Part shown: positions 26,101-38,300 of the stretch, one piece after another | How positions within the stretch are numbered: the stretch's first letter is position 1 | Layout: each line of letters starts with the position of its first letter | Assembly: GCA_964188305.1 (NCBI GenBank) | Contig: OZ076885.1 | DNA: 64,000 nt | Reading direction: 5' to 3' (one strand) | DNA from: Podarcis bocagei | Lineage: Eukaryota | Made by a program: the position numbers and the translations under genes | Notes under the pieces: generated by a model | Database searches by the model: none | Told to the model about the DNA's origin: nothing | The model's input: only the letters and a program-made list of their open reading frames with translations

Positions 26101-29100
26101 TGCTTGGAGACTTGGACCACACATCTTATTTGGGCCCAGACTACTAAGGAACTGCAAATCTCATGCCTCATGTTTCTAGCTTCCCAGAATCAACAACACT
26201 GGAACATGTGTTGCTTTCACATAATTATCAATGCTTCCCCAAAGTGAGTACATGCCCCCCCCATGAAAACCAGAATCTATGGACAAAGACACAAGGAATT
26301 CTCACTACCTTCTACCCCCATGTCAATCTCCTTGAGGCATTTCTCAAATAATAAACAAAATGTTCAAGACACTCACATGAGAGCTGGAAGTTAAGCTCAA
26401 CCCACTATCTGCACTGATCTGGGATTTCTTCTCATCTGTCTCCCCGAGATCATGAGAGTGTTTTTTACCTTCTGACCCTAAAGAGAGGGAAAGTGATATT
26501 TCATTACTGTGAACAAGAAAATGAAAGAACCAGAAGGCAAATGATCGCTTTGGTGCATGAGAAGTACCAAGAGGGGGAACCAGAGGATCTTCTCCTGTAC
26601 TCTTGAAATAGCATCCACCAGAAATATAGCCTGGCTGGTTGCAGCCACCATTCTGTCCAATACATAAATGCACCTGAGAAGCAGACCAACTGCCTTAAAC
26701 AGTCACCCATTGGAGAAAGGAAAAGGGGAAAAGAGACAAAGCAGGCACCAGACAGATTCCAGTTAATACAAGGCATGCCAAACGGTCGACACATGACTCT
26801 GGAAAGCCACTTCCTTATGTCACAGATACAAGATTGCTTTTGTTGCTGTTTGCTTTTTGGAGAGGGGCAGATCTTATTGTTGGACACTTGGTACTTAATC
26901 TAATATGCTACCATCTACAGCCAAAGTTATTATTTTTCTCATGTTCACCAAGTGACTCATGGTGTGACCATCCAAACAGTCAGCAATAATAATCTGCATA
27001 CCAGAAATGAGAGCTTCAAATGGGACATTTTGGGGCAAAATAGCAATATTATACAGTCACTGTAGGGATGTATTACATGGCTCTCCAGAGTTTGTAACAA
27101 CAAAGGTGAAGCAGTGAGTTTCAGCTGCTACGAAGACATGCATTCATCATCCCACCCTATCCATCTAGAAAACAAATGGTGAAGGGATTTATGCCATGAT
27201 CATGCAGCTTAATGTTTTTTTACCCTCCCGTGATGAGATGAAAGACAGAAAGAAAATGGATGAGAGGAGAGACAGAATTGAGAAGGGTTTGGAAGCTGTG
27301 TGCAATGGAAGTAAGGAGGCAGGAGAAGAATACACTGCAGACTACACAGGTCACCATTAAGAGCTCGAAGGGAGAAGAGACTGAATACAACCCTTCTGCC
27401 ATAGCCATATCTGCCAACCGTTCCTTAACAGGGACACATGACCAGCAGCTGGAGGATTTTATTTTATTTTATTGCAGATCTAGGATGTGTACAAATAATG
27501 GTGTGTGGCAACTCTATGTACACAATACAGCAGTACCTTACATACCACTAAATATGATGAACTAAGAGTTAGGAGTGCAAGTGGGATGTATGATGTCTAT
27601 CACTAGATACTGCCAACATCAGAAAAAGTGAAACAATGTGCAAGAAAGAAAGAAAAATTATATATATGGTGTGCGTGAAAAAAAGACTATTGGTGTGCAT
27701 TTTTGAGATGACCATATTATTCATGAAGGTAGAATTGTCAAAAAGATGGGCAGCTTATCCCAAAGGTTGTATGTACTAGCCATGGAGTATATTTAAAGAG
27801 AGAGTATCATATATAGAACATTCAAAAAAATCAACTGGCATTGGTTTATAAACCTGACTTTAACATACATTTCTAGACTATGTTAGTACTTAGATGCCTC
27901 TAACTATGATGCTAGAAGTAAATAGAAAGTGGAATCATGAAATTCATTGGACTTGTTTTCAGATTCTGTTCACAACTTAGGTACATTAGCAACAGATTCT
28001 TTTTTTAATAAATACCTTTAATCAGTCAAAAGCATGATTTAAAAAGGTGTTATGAAAACACTGGGACGCGGGTGGCGCTGTGGGTAAAACCTCAGCGCCT
28101 AGAGCTTGCCCATCGCATGGTCGGCGGTTCGAATCCCCGCGGCGGGGTGAGCTCCCATCTTTCAGTCCCAGTTCCTGCCCACCTCACAGTTCAAAAGCAC
28201 CCCTAAGTGCAAGTAGATAAATAGGTACCGCTTTATAGCGGGAAGGTAAACGGCGTTTCCGTGTGCTGCGCTGGTGCCAGCTCGCCAGAGCAGCTTCGTC
28301 ACGCTGGCCACGTGACCCGGAAGTGTCTCCGGACAGCGCTGGCCCCTTAAGTGAGATGGGCGCACAACCCTAGAGTCAGACACGACTGGCCCGTACGGGC
28401 AGGGGTACCTTTACCTTTATGAAAACACTAACTGGTTAATTTACGTATTATTCCAATCAATTTAATAAGCACAGAATTTAACTGTGGATTTTTAAACATA
28501 CTAAAGATTATGACTGACTGTTATTTACAGTTAAGGACTGTGAATGAATATTCACGGTTCAGGGCACTGATGGAAACAAAGTTATACATACAGAGAAGGC
28601 AATTCCTTCAAGATGACTTATCTGTAGGGATTGGCCAAAAATATACCTTTGTCAATCATACTCAGAAGTTCCTTTGTATTTCAGTTAATTGATCACACAA
28701 CAGAGAGAGTTAGTTAAGTGAGGAGGGGGGGAAACAAACCTTTAATACTTGGTCAGCCTAAGTCAAAAGTCCATAAAGATGGAAAATAGCTATTTCTTTA
28801 AATAAAAAACCCTACACAAAGTTATATTTGACTTGAATGACTACATTTCAAAGATTAAGTGACTAAAAGGGCATAAGGACCATATTCCAGAGAACAGGGA
28901 ACACTTAAATTTCACAGAAATCAAGGGGAGTTAAAGTTCAATTCTATACCCATTTGTCTGGAAGTAACTCCTGTGAGACTAATGCTTGAGTTGATATGCA
29001 TTGGATTACACCGCACAGCATTCAAATAACACGATTAAATTATTTGACTTCTCAGCAATCACTGGCCCAATTAATACGTTATTTTTGCTGAGCAAGGGTC

Positions 29101-32100
29101 ACTTTTACAGAGTCTAGTTTTAAAACATTCTGCTGTCAGAATGAGGCAAAGGCTTCTCCAAGTCTCTTCTACTTCTTCAGTTAAGTATGGAAGTAACTTT
29201 TCCACCTAAATACGGAAGTTCTCGAAAAACATGGGCACAGACTTCAGAGATCCCCAGTCTATTAGAATAATTGTCTATTACTTATAAGATGGGATACGGC
29301 CTAATAAAAGCATCCTTGAAAGTTTCCCTACTAGCCTGTCTTTTAAAAGGAATATTCTTTAAAAGAACCTAGGACCAGCAATGACTAAATCTGGCCAGCT
29401 TACTTTATGAAGCAAACAGGCGTCTTGGTTACATACTTCTATAATGTGAATTAATATCTTCTCTATACAATCCAACGAACTTTATATTCACAGTATTTAA
29501 GTAGTGATACTCTTTTTTGCGTATTCTCAGTGTGTTCTCTAAAGCATTATAGAATAAGATTTCTATAGATGCTATAAAATAAGATACTATAGTGGACATT
29601 GGGGTTGCGAACATGATCCGTGTGGGAGGCACGTTCGCAACCCGCAACGCTGTGTCTGCGCACGCGCGGATCGTGATTTGGTGTGTCTGCGCATGCGCTG
29701 AAATCCAGAAGTAACCCGTTCCGGTACTTCCGGGTTCGGTGCGGTGCGCAACCCGAAAACGAGCAACCTGAAGCATCTGTAACCCAAGTTATGACTGTGT
29801 ACATAAGTTCTTAACCCGTGGTACCACTGTATAGTAGAAACAGATAGAAATACTATACAATGTTGCTTCTGTAGTTAAGTCAGCAATATTTTTTTCAAAT
29901 ATTCAATAAGCGGCATACTATAGGATAAACTATATGTTACACTGCAGAAATTCAACTGCCTCTCCTTCTTTACAAAGAGCCTGTAGGCACTTTAAAGTGG
30001 AGGAGAAGGAACATGGGAAGGCTGGTGGGAGAGTTTCAACCCTTCCCCAACAGCCTATTTTCACCCAAAACTGAAGGGAACAATCTACTATCACTTTCTA
30101 CTTTATTCAGGTGCTACTGAAAAGGAATCAGACATATATATCAATATATTTTTTAAAATCACACACCGTATATTGAAGATACAGTCTGTAAATTTAAGAA
30201 GTTGCAATTTAAGAATGTAAGAAAATTTGAGAAGGATATTGACAAGCTGAAATGTGTGCAGAGGAGAGGGAGAGGGGCCAAGATGATTAAGGGTCTGGAA
30301 ATCAAAGCTTATGAGGAACTGTTGAGGGAGTTGGGTATGTTTAGCCTTGAAAAGAGAAGACTGAGAGGAGACAATAGCCATCTTCAAATATTTAAAGGAC
30401 TGTCACACAGAAGCTGGAGCAAGCTTGTTTATGCCTGCTCTGGGGAGTAGAACCTGAACCAATGGGTTCAAGTAAGAAGAAAGAAGATGCCAACTAAACA
30501 TCAGGAAGAACTTTCCAGCAGTAAGAGATGTTCAACAATGGAACGGTCTCTCTTGTTGGAGGTTTTTAACCAGTGGCTGGATGGCCATCTCTCATGCATG
30601 CTTTAGCTGAGATTCCTTCACTGCAGGGGTGGGAACAGATGATCCTTGGGGTCACTTCCAAGTCTACAATTCTATGACTCTGTTATTCTAACTATGTGCA
30701 TTATTAAGCACTATCAGTTTTATGCATTTGACAACAACAACAAAAGCAGAATGTTGAAGTGGGGCTTAGCTGGACATTCCACTCTTTTGTCCCAAGGGTG
30801 GGAATCAAAGAACTACAACCTAGAAAACAATACATCATCCCTGTGGATGGAGAACTTCACATTCCATTTCCAGTCAACCACCATTCTTCATATTATTCCC
30901 CAAGGTTACTCCCAACCTCATACAAAATAATGAATCATCAAACAATAATTGTGGACCTTTCACATTGGACTTGAACTTTACACTTTATATCTGCTATTGG
31001 TTAAGAATTCAGGACGAACATTTCTTTACACAGAACACTCCATGATGCATATATTGCAGAAAACGTTGGTTTACCACCAAAGAAGGATTACAATTTCATG
31101 GGGGAAAGACTGTCCAAAATTTAATTTATAATTCAGTGGTAAGGAAGGATTTGAAACTTGGCTGGAAGAGACTGTATTTCCCCCCTCTCCTCTCCTGATA
31201 CAAAAAGGGCTATTCAGTGAACCCCAACACTAGATTTCTTTAAGAAATAGTGACCTCCTTTGTCTGCCCTATGGCTCATGTGGCATGGGTGTTCAATCAA
31301 AGGCTTAGAGAGTTGGCAGTTATGGGGAGGCTTGGAGGAGTGTCAAGTTTCTGTCCTTTTATCATATTCTTACTCAGTTTTTCCAAAGCTTTTTGCTTTG
31401 ACACTTCGTTGTGCTTGTTCCACAATTCTACTCAAGATGCAATGTAAGCAGGAGAGAAAGACAGAAAAAATGTCAGATGCTGATCAGAGGCGGAAATGGA
31501 AAATAAAAATAAAAAATAAGCCACCCAATCCTGCCCTACCAAAGCAGAAATTAATGATAACTGGCATGTGAATAAATTAATCACATCTTCAGTCAGATCA
31601 GGGTAGAGACTTCCATCGCTTTCATTCACAAGATTTCAAAAATAATACCTATATATAATTAACTGGCTGAGACTCACCTACCTGATCTCATTTGCCTTCA
31701 CAGAAATGACAGATTAAAGAGAGACAGAGTCAGGTTCTTTATGTCCAACATTTAAAGTTTCTTATCAGTGGGTTACACAAAGAATACAGTATGTATTTTA
31801 TGTATCAATGCGCCCCAAACCACCAAATATATTTCAATTCAAAGTGTAATAAGCGATAAGAAAAACTATTTCTATAAACACTAAAAAAAAACTATGTAAA
31901 AAAACAATTAGTTTGGGTCTGAATATGCCTGTAATAACCACTTGGCTTCTTCTAGCTTTACGTATGTTAACTATATCAGACTACAAATCATTTTCATCAG
32001 GGCAAAAAGAATAGCAAAAAATGGGGAGGGGATCTAAAAAAGGAATACACACCATTCTGTTCAAATGGTACCCTAAATTTTCATCCCTGTGGCAGAAAAC

Positions 32101-32257
32101 TTCAGATAATTCCAGATGCTGGCCCAATGCCAGTGGCAGAACCATAATAGGCATAATGGAAATTCAAGTTGGAAATGCATTACTGTATTTTAATATTTTG
32201 TTGGAAGCCACCCAGAGTGGCTGGGGAAGCCCAGCCGGATGGGCGGGGTATAAATAA

Positions 32258-32313
<56 letters not shown>

Positions 32314-35300
32314 CATCATCATCATCAAGTACTAGTAGTGCACTTCATTTCCCCTCCCCAAATAGGAAGGAAGAAGCTGGGAATGCTACAAAGTAAGAAG
32401 CAAACTCAGCTCTTACAAGAGCAGAGAAAGATAAGTGCAGAAAGTTTCTTCTGCTATGGAAACAGGGCATGGGAAAGCACAGATAGAAATGGGAGAGGAA
32501 ACAGGCTCAGAACACTTGAGAGCAATTCAGGATTTGTCTGCAGTAGGAGAAAGACAGCTAATTATAATTTATCCAGAAAACCTAATCAATTTCCCCATGC
32601 TTTATTTGATGGAGCAACACCAAATAAACAAACAGCGATAAGTACATTCAAACTGAAAATGAGATTTCTGGAGGCTCCCTCGATTCCCTGGTGCTATTAT
32701 TTATTAAAGGTATAAACACCATGGCTGCCCTTCTTTCCCCATCCATCACAATTCTGCTTGCTCCCTATGCACATTGGTACAGAAGGTTACTGTATCCATT
32801 AAAGGGAATTCATCTCAAACTATGGGAGGGGAGTCATGCTTCAGAAACCCATCTGACAAATATGTTTGCAATTATATAGTTGTCTTTGCACAATCTCTTG
32901 AGACTGGGTAGGCTCTTTTTTTCTACATATGCACGGCATTATCTGCTAGAAACCCTCAAAACTATATTTACTTCTGTCCTTTGGATGGTGAGTGAACGTA
33001 GCAAAAAGTATTATATTTGTTCTTGTAGGTTTTGCTTTGGTGGAAAATAGAAGATTATACATTATACAGAAACACCCACAGCACAAGGGCTAGAATTGAA
33101 GATGAATGAACATGAAGTCCAAAGCTGCAATCCTGCACACTTGTACTTGGGAGCAGATCCCCAGAAATCAATGGCATAGTACTGGGCCATTTTCCTCTCA
33201 ATAGTAATTTGTTTTTGTGGCAACTAGTCCCTGGTGCACACACTCCCAAGAAACTGTTTCCATTACAGACCAGACTATTCTGCCTGTAAGACTATGTGAA
33301 CAATGATTAAAGTTCCCTATGCCAGCATCATACGGCTATCTCCACTAGCCTAGCCATAAAATTCCAAAAAGCATAGAAACACCAGAAATGCTTAGCCAAT
33401 ATTTCTCCAAGCTGTGAGAAGAGCATATATGAATAGTCTTTGCAGTCCAAGTGAGAGTGAAGCACATTACTGCAGCAATGATAAGGCAAATGTTTCAATG
33501 GGAAAGATGCAATCAGATTCTAATGCAGTGCACACTTTCCTGCATTCCATATACACATAAATACACACCAATAGAAGCTACAAAATTTTCCTCCTTTAGA
33601 CTCCTTGTGTCAAACTCCCTCGGCCCTTTCCCTGCAGGGCTTGGGGCCCTTGGCATGAGCTGGGGTACTGGCAGTTGCACCTTGGGTTTCGGTTCAACCC
33701 TCGTGGCTAACATAGGGTCCTTGCCAACCGGAGTGTATGCTCCATCTGTTGGGCTTCGTTTTCTTTTTTCTGGCTCTTTAAAAGAAAGGAGGAGAGAGAA
33801 ATCAGCAGCCAAAAAAGGGGGGAAATGGAAAACACATACCAGCAATGGTAAAAATAGAAGGATTAAGAAAAAAATGGGAGAAGAGTACAGAAGAAAAAGA
33901 TTGTTCAGATGGCGTTAATCATTTGTTTACAGATAATGAAAAAGCAGCTCTCACATTTAGATCTTAAAATCAATGTTCAAAAGCAGTGCTCAAAACACAG
34001 GGTCTGAAGGCTTCGTACCCAGTACCTCAGAGTACATTTCTCACACAAGATTGACTGGCTAAAATTTGCTTCAGAAGACTTTCTGCAGGAAAGTCTAAGA
34101 TCCAGTAAGTAGTACTATGTTATGGATTTAAACAAATTTAATACTGGGCAATATCAAACTACATCTCATAAGGGAATCCCTTTGCTCTGTCCCAGCTTCT
34201 GCCAACCTAGCAGTTTGAAAGCATACCAGTGCAAGTAGATAAATAGGTATCGCTGCTGTGGGAAGGTAAACGGAATTTCCATGTGCTCTGGTTTCCATCA
34301 AGGTGTTCTGTTGTGCCAGAAGCGGTTTAGTGATGCTGGCCACATGGCCCGGAAAGCTGTCTGTGGACAAATACCAACTCCCACGGCCTGAAGCACAATG
34401 AGCACCACACCCCATAGTTGCCTTTGACTGGACTTAACTGTCCAGGGGTCCTTTATCTTTAGCTTACTAATAATTATTAATAATTCCAGCTCCCCATCTT
34501 TCTAGTTCTCATGGCAAGTTTCAAAATGTAAAGAAAAACCAATTGTGCTGGGGTACAACATGGATACTAGATTTAGATAATACTGCATACTGCTCTTTGC
34601 AACCCTCTCACCTCCCACACTCCACCAACAGGATGTACTCTTTTAAATTTCTCAGCCTCCAGTAAAATTTGAATGGGTGCCAGAAGCTCCCTGTATATAA
34701 TGTTTCCTCTTCCCCCCCCCCCATCATAAGCTTGGTAAGGCAAGATGCTGGGTAACAGGAGCGGGGAATGGCTGGCCCTCCATATGTTGCTGAATTACAA
34801 CTCCCAGCAAGCCTGGTCAGTGATGATGGGAGCTGTAGTTCTCATCAAGCACAAGCTCTGTATGCAAAATATTATACATTGGAGGGCCAATGGTTCCCCA
34901 CACCTGCTATTTATATACACACCATTGCCCTTATATACAACTGTATCATCCCCACTGTGCTTAATAAATAAGTGCTATTGGGGCATGGGCCTTTTCCTTA
35001 AGCAGCTAAATATTTGCACTTTTTCTCATGGCTGAACTGCTGAAATGAAATTAATTCAGACAAACATTTGCGTGTGCCAATGAAAACAAAGTAACGGCAT
35101 TCTGTACTGGAGTTGACTGAAAATACATTAATCATTTTCGCCATGAAACTATTTGTACTTATAGAATTATAGATGCAATTCAAAATACTTATTCCAATAA
35201 ATTTCTTTTACATGGTTCAGTAATTACTCAAAATCTAAAGCTGTGATAAAATAAATGTGATTATTGGTTATGCCAGAAAGTCAGACTAGCTCAGATCTAC

Positions 35301-38300
35301 AACAAGTAGGGCATTTCACAGATTTACATTCATTTATTTTATATATTTCATTAGTTTATCTTATTCTCTTACCTTTGTTATAGTAGTGAGTATGAGCTAT
35401 TTCCAGCAGACCAAAGACACTTGCCATTCCCCCAAGTCCAGCATTTGCATATGACTGCTCAAGGCTTGACACAGTACATTTCAGCAAATCCAACATCCCT
35501 TTATAAACCTTGCGGCTGATCTCCTACAATGGAAACATTCATACGGGTAAGGATGCGTCATTTATTAGGAACCTGGTTCAGCTGATTAATTTCCACTAAA
35601 GTAAGCCATAATTCCCTTGCATTCTAATTAATTTTCTGTAGCTTAACTACGCCTCCTTCAGCTTAGGACCATAGAAAGCTGCTTTGTAGCAAGTCAGGCC
35701 AATAGTTCCTCTAGCTTAGTATTCTCTATGCAACTCACCAATGTTTCAGACGCCACACCTCAAGATACCAGAGACTGAACCTGGGACCTTTTGCATACAA
35801 ACATGTGCTCTACTACAGATCTATTTCTGTACCTAAAAGAGAATTTATCTTTATAGAATTACCTCTGTTAACTAACTCTGTGCAAATGCTCTTTCTAGTA
35901 GGTGGAGGTTCTGACAGCACTTAAGCAAACTGTTGTGAAGCCTCCCCTAGAAAAACCATTACTCAATCTCACTCAATCCCACTGATCTCAGTAGCTTTCA
36001 TCAGTTTTTAATTTGGCTTTTTTCAGTAAGTTACTTCAGTGTAATCAGTTCTAGGTCTTCTTGGTTTCCCTCAACCCTCCACAGCAGATCTAGGGGTCAC
36101 ACAGGTGCATGGGGAGAAGAGAGAAAAGGAAGTTCCATTACACAGCCAAAAGTCCTTGTGCTACTAGAACTGTTTGGTTGGATACCCTTCTGATTGTTAG
36201 GATCCTTTCTAATCTGGTTTCTGACCTGGTATTTGGAACAAAAATGGCCTTGGTCACTTTGGTAGATGATCTGTACCAAAAGATGGGCATGAGGCATCTG
36301 ACCCAGTTGATTCTCCTAGATATCTCAGCAGCTTTTAGTATTGTCAGCCATGGCACCCATCTGGGCCACTGAGAAAGGATGGAGTTGGGAGGCACAGCTC
36401 TGTAGTGGTTCTGGTCTCCCTCACCAGCACCAGCACCCCACCTCTCAAGGGTCTCAGAAGGTCTACTACTCAGCCCCATGACCTCTGGCTTATGGAGTGC
36501 TTCAATGGCCCATCTTATCCTCCATGCTGCTTAACATGTCTGGTTGAAGTCACCCTGAGCTTTTGGCTTGGGTATCATCAGTATCCAGATGACACTAAGC
36601 TCTACCTCTTGTCTGCATTTCCTGATCCCAATGAGGCAGTATACCCACTCCCATTAAGGGAGACGAGAATGAATCATAGAATCATAGAGTTGGAAGAGAC
36701 CACAAGGGCCATCGAGTCCAACCCCCTGCCAAGCAGGAAACACCATCAGAGCACTCCTGACATATGGTTGTCAAGCCTCTGCTTAAAGACCTCCAAAGAA
36801 GGAGACTCCACCACACTCCTTGGCAGCAAATTCCACTGTCGAACAGCTCTTACTGTCAGGAAGTTCTTCCTAATGTTTAGGTGGAATCTTCTTTCTTGTA
36901 GTTTGGATCCATTGCTCCGTGTCCGCATATCACCCTGGTCTTTCATCAACTGCCCTGATTATCAATTGGTTTCCTGGCTCAATTCTCTGCCTTGCTCTAA
37001 AGCCCTATATGGCAAGGTAACAAGACTGTTTCAGAATTACTTCTTCCCATTTTACCCAGGAACTCTACTGCACTTCAAAGGCCCTCTCCACGTTCTCTTC
37101 CCATCCTTTGTATGGGCATGAGAGAAATAGGTTTCTCTATTGTGACACCTAGATTTAGAAACAGCTTGCCTAGGGGGATGCACCTTTCCCATTGCAGCAT
37201 GCTTGCCTTTTGGGAGGTGATGAAGGTATGTTTATTCTAGACACCATTCATCTAACTGGGCCTCTGATATTCTAAGTACTGGGTTTTTAACTTATTGTTG
37301 TTTTGTAATCTATGATTTATTAGTTATGGTTTTACTGTGAGCGCTGCAGCAGAAAGACGAAATAAAACCATTTAAAAGAAAAGAGGAACAGAGAACTGAC
37401 CACATCCTGGACAACATCCTGCCGTGCATCTTCCTCCGATTGGATGGTGCGATTAAGCTTGCTTAATACAAAGACACGGAGCTGCTCACTCTCCAGGAGA
37501 CGGCGGACTCTCTTCATGTGAAACCAACCAACTCCTTGTCCATCTAGGACATTGTGCACCACCTCTTTCAAGAACTGCTGGTTCTCACTATATTATATGG
37601 ATACACAAGCAATAGGGGGCATAACCCTCCAGGACACTTCCATAGGTATATTAGACTTTACAATAGGAGGATACTGACACAACATAAATCTACCTGTATT
37701 TAGCCATGCTGACTTCAACTCTAACCATAATATGCTAGGTATCCTTGATGCAACCTGCATCGGATCCTGCTATATATCTCTATCACTGACTCAAGTGGAG
37801 CAGGTGGAATAACTAGGCTGGGGTAAGAATTGTGGCTATCACACTTCCCCAGCCCTTTCTGCCATGTGGAGCGCCACTGCAGAAAGGAAGAGATGGGGCT
37901 GTGCCTAGATCTGTGGCTCAGCAAAGCAGAAACAGCCTGTAACTATCATTTTGGGTCAAAGTATCCTGCTGCCCATCAAAACTAGACTCTTGTAACCTAG
38001 CATCACACTGTTGATGTGTTCCATTTGTTATGAATTACAATCTCTATACTTTTCTCAGTAATATGTCTAACCATTAATACCTCCTTTTATTTCTGCATTT
38101 GGCTGTTTCTTATTTGTGCAAACAGAAGACGTTTTGTGAAAGTGGGTTTCCTAGTCTCTCCTCACCATATTGTCCCTCCTACCCTCCCTAAAAAGCAGCT
38201 TTCAAGAGTCACAATATATACTGGAATAGGGTTGGATGTGGTGCAAGATCTACTGGGACAGAAACAGCCAAAACTAAGTGGAGACAACTTGCATGAGCTG

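Noticed and set aside
28063-28140. tRNA gene-like A/B boxes
   Set aside because: Head of the Sauria SINE; no complete cloverleaf.
36405-37121. 238-aa plus-strand ORF
   Set aside because: Chimera of degraded L2 RT and antisense CR1 sequence; not a gene.
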